A stretch of DNA of 64,000 nucleotides, from contig NW_024704743.1 of assembly GCF_018977255.1 (NCBI RefSeq), positions 60,638,001-60,702,000 of the forward strand. Direction: 5' to 3'. The stretch's first letter is position 1, and every line of letters begins with the position of its first letter. A program made the translations under genes and the position numbers. Under the pieces are notes generated by a model, which was not told the origin of the DNA, searched no databases, and saw nothing but the letters and a program-made list of their open reading frames with translations. Origin of the DNA: Callorhinchus milii (taxonomy: Eukaryota). Below, piece after piece: positions 63,656 through 64,000 of the stretch.

Positions 63656-63829
63656 TTCCTGCAACTCCCCACATGCGCTCCTCTTGAAATTGCAACATTT
63701 GATAGGTAAATCCCATTCCTTCTTTCCCAATGAGGTACTTGCTTGGAACTCTGACATCTTCGAAAAAGATTTGTGCTGTGTCTGATGATCTCATACCCAA
63801 TTTATCGATCTTCTTGGCCACCTGGATTC
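63656..63829 (-). CDS. Acyl-CoA dehydrogenase exon (G-IQVAKKIDKLGMRSSDTAQIFFEDVRVPSKYLIGKEGMGFTYQMLQFQEERMWGVAG); upstream exons lie beyond the window
   Basis: tatatttttag|GA ... GGAA|gtaagt; 174 nt, phase 1-1; KLG.R.SDT..F.F.DVRVP motif. Confidence 0.95.
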
Positions 63830-64000
63830 CTAAAAATATAATTTATACAGTTAGTTAATCGAACATCGTAACAAGAACCGGCTTTCAGTAATGCAGGAGC
63901 AATTAAATCGTGTTAATGTTCATTTGAATTAAAAAGGTATTTCCAAGTTCCAAGTATATTTGTAATCTTTATATATCTTTACATATTTTTATAAACTACC

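Overview
AT-rich, repeat-dense vertebrate genomic DNA. The repeat content (L2 and CR1 LINEs, Deu-domain and tRNA-derived SINEs, Penelope-type fragments) suggests a cartilaginous fish; this is inference only. Two spliced genes can be rebuilt from the sequence. (1) A complete 4-exon BET1 (ER-Golgi Qc-SNARE, 112 aa) on + at 35763-44025, with a CpG-island promoter carrying a phased CRE/UPRE-like array and a 26-bp minisatellite in intron 1. (2) The last four coding exons of an acyl-CoA dehydrogenase on - (63829 to 50855) with an LCAD/IVD-type active-site arrangement, convergent with BET1. The first ~35 kb has no credible gene: it holds TEs and a few unique stretches that may be regulatory. Most notable non-genic signals: short Penelope-type elements carrying a minimal hammerhead ribozyme (3 clear copies plus 1 decayed, one with a 5' inversion); a young tRNA-Ala-headed SINE whose 3' stem-loop matches the resident L2; a TA-flanked MITE with perfect 17-bp TIRs; a Harbinger transposase fossil; and an unclassified ~520-bp repeat family (~9 fragments). 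Exon boundaries were read base by base; repeat boundaries are approximate; no database searches were possible.
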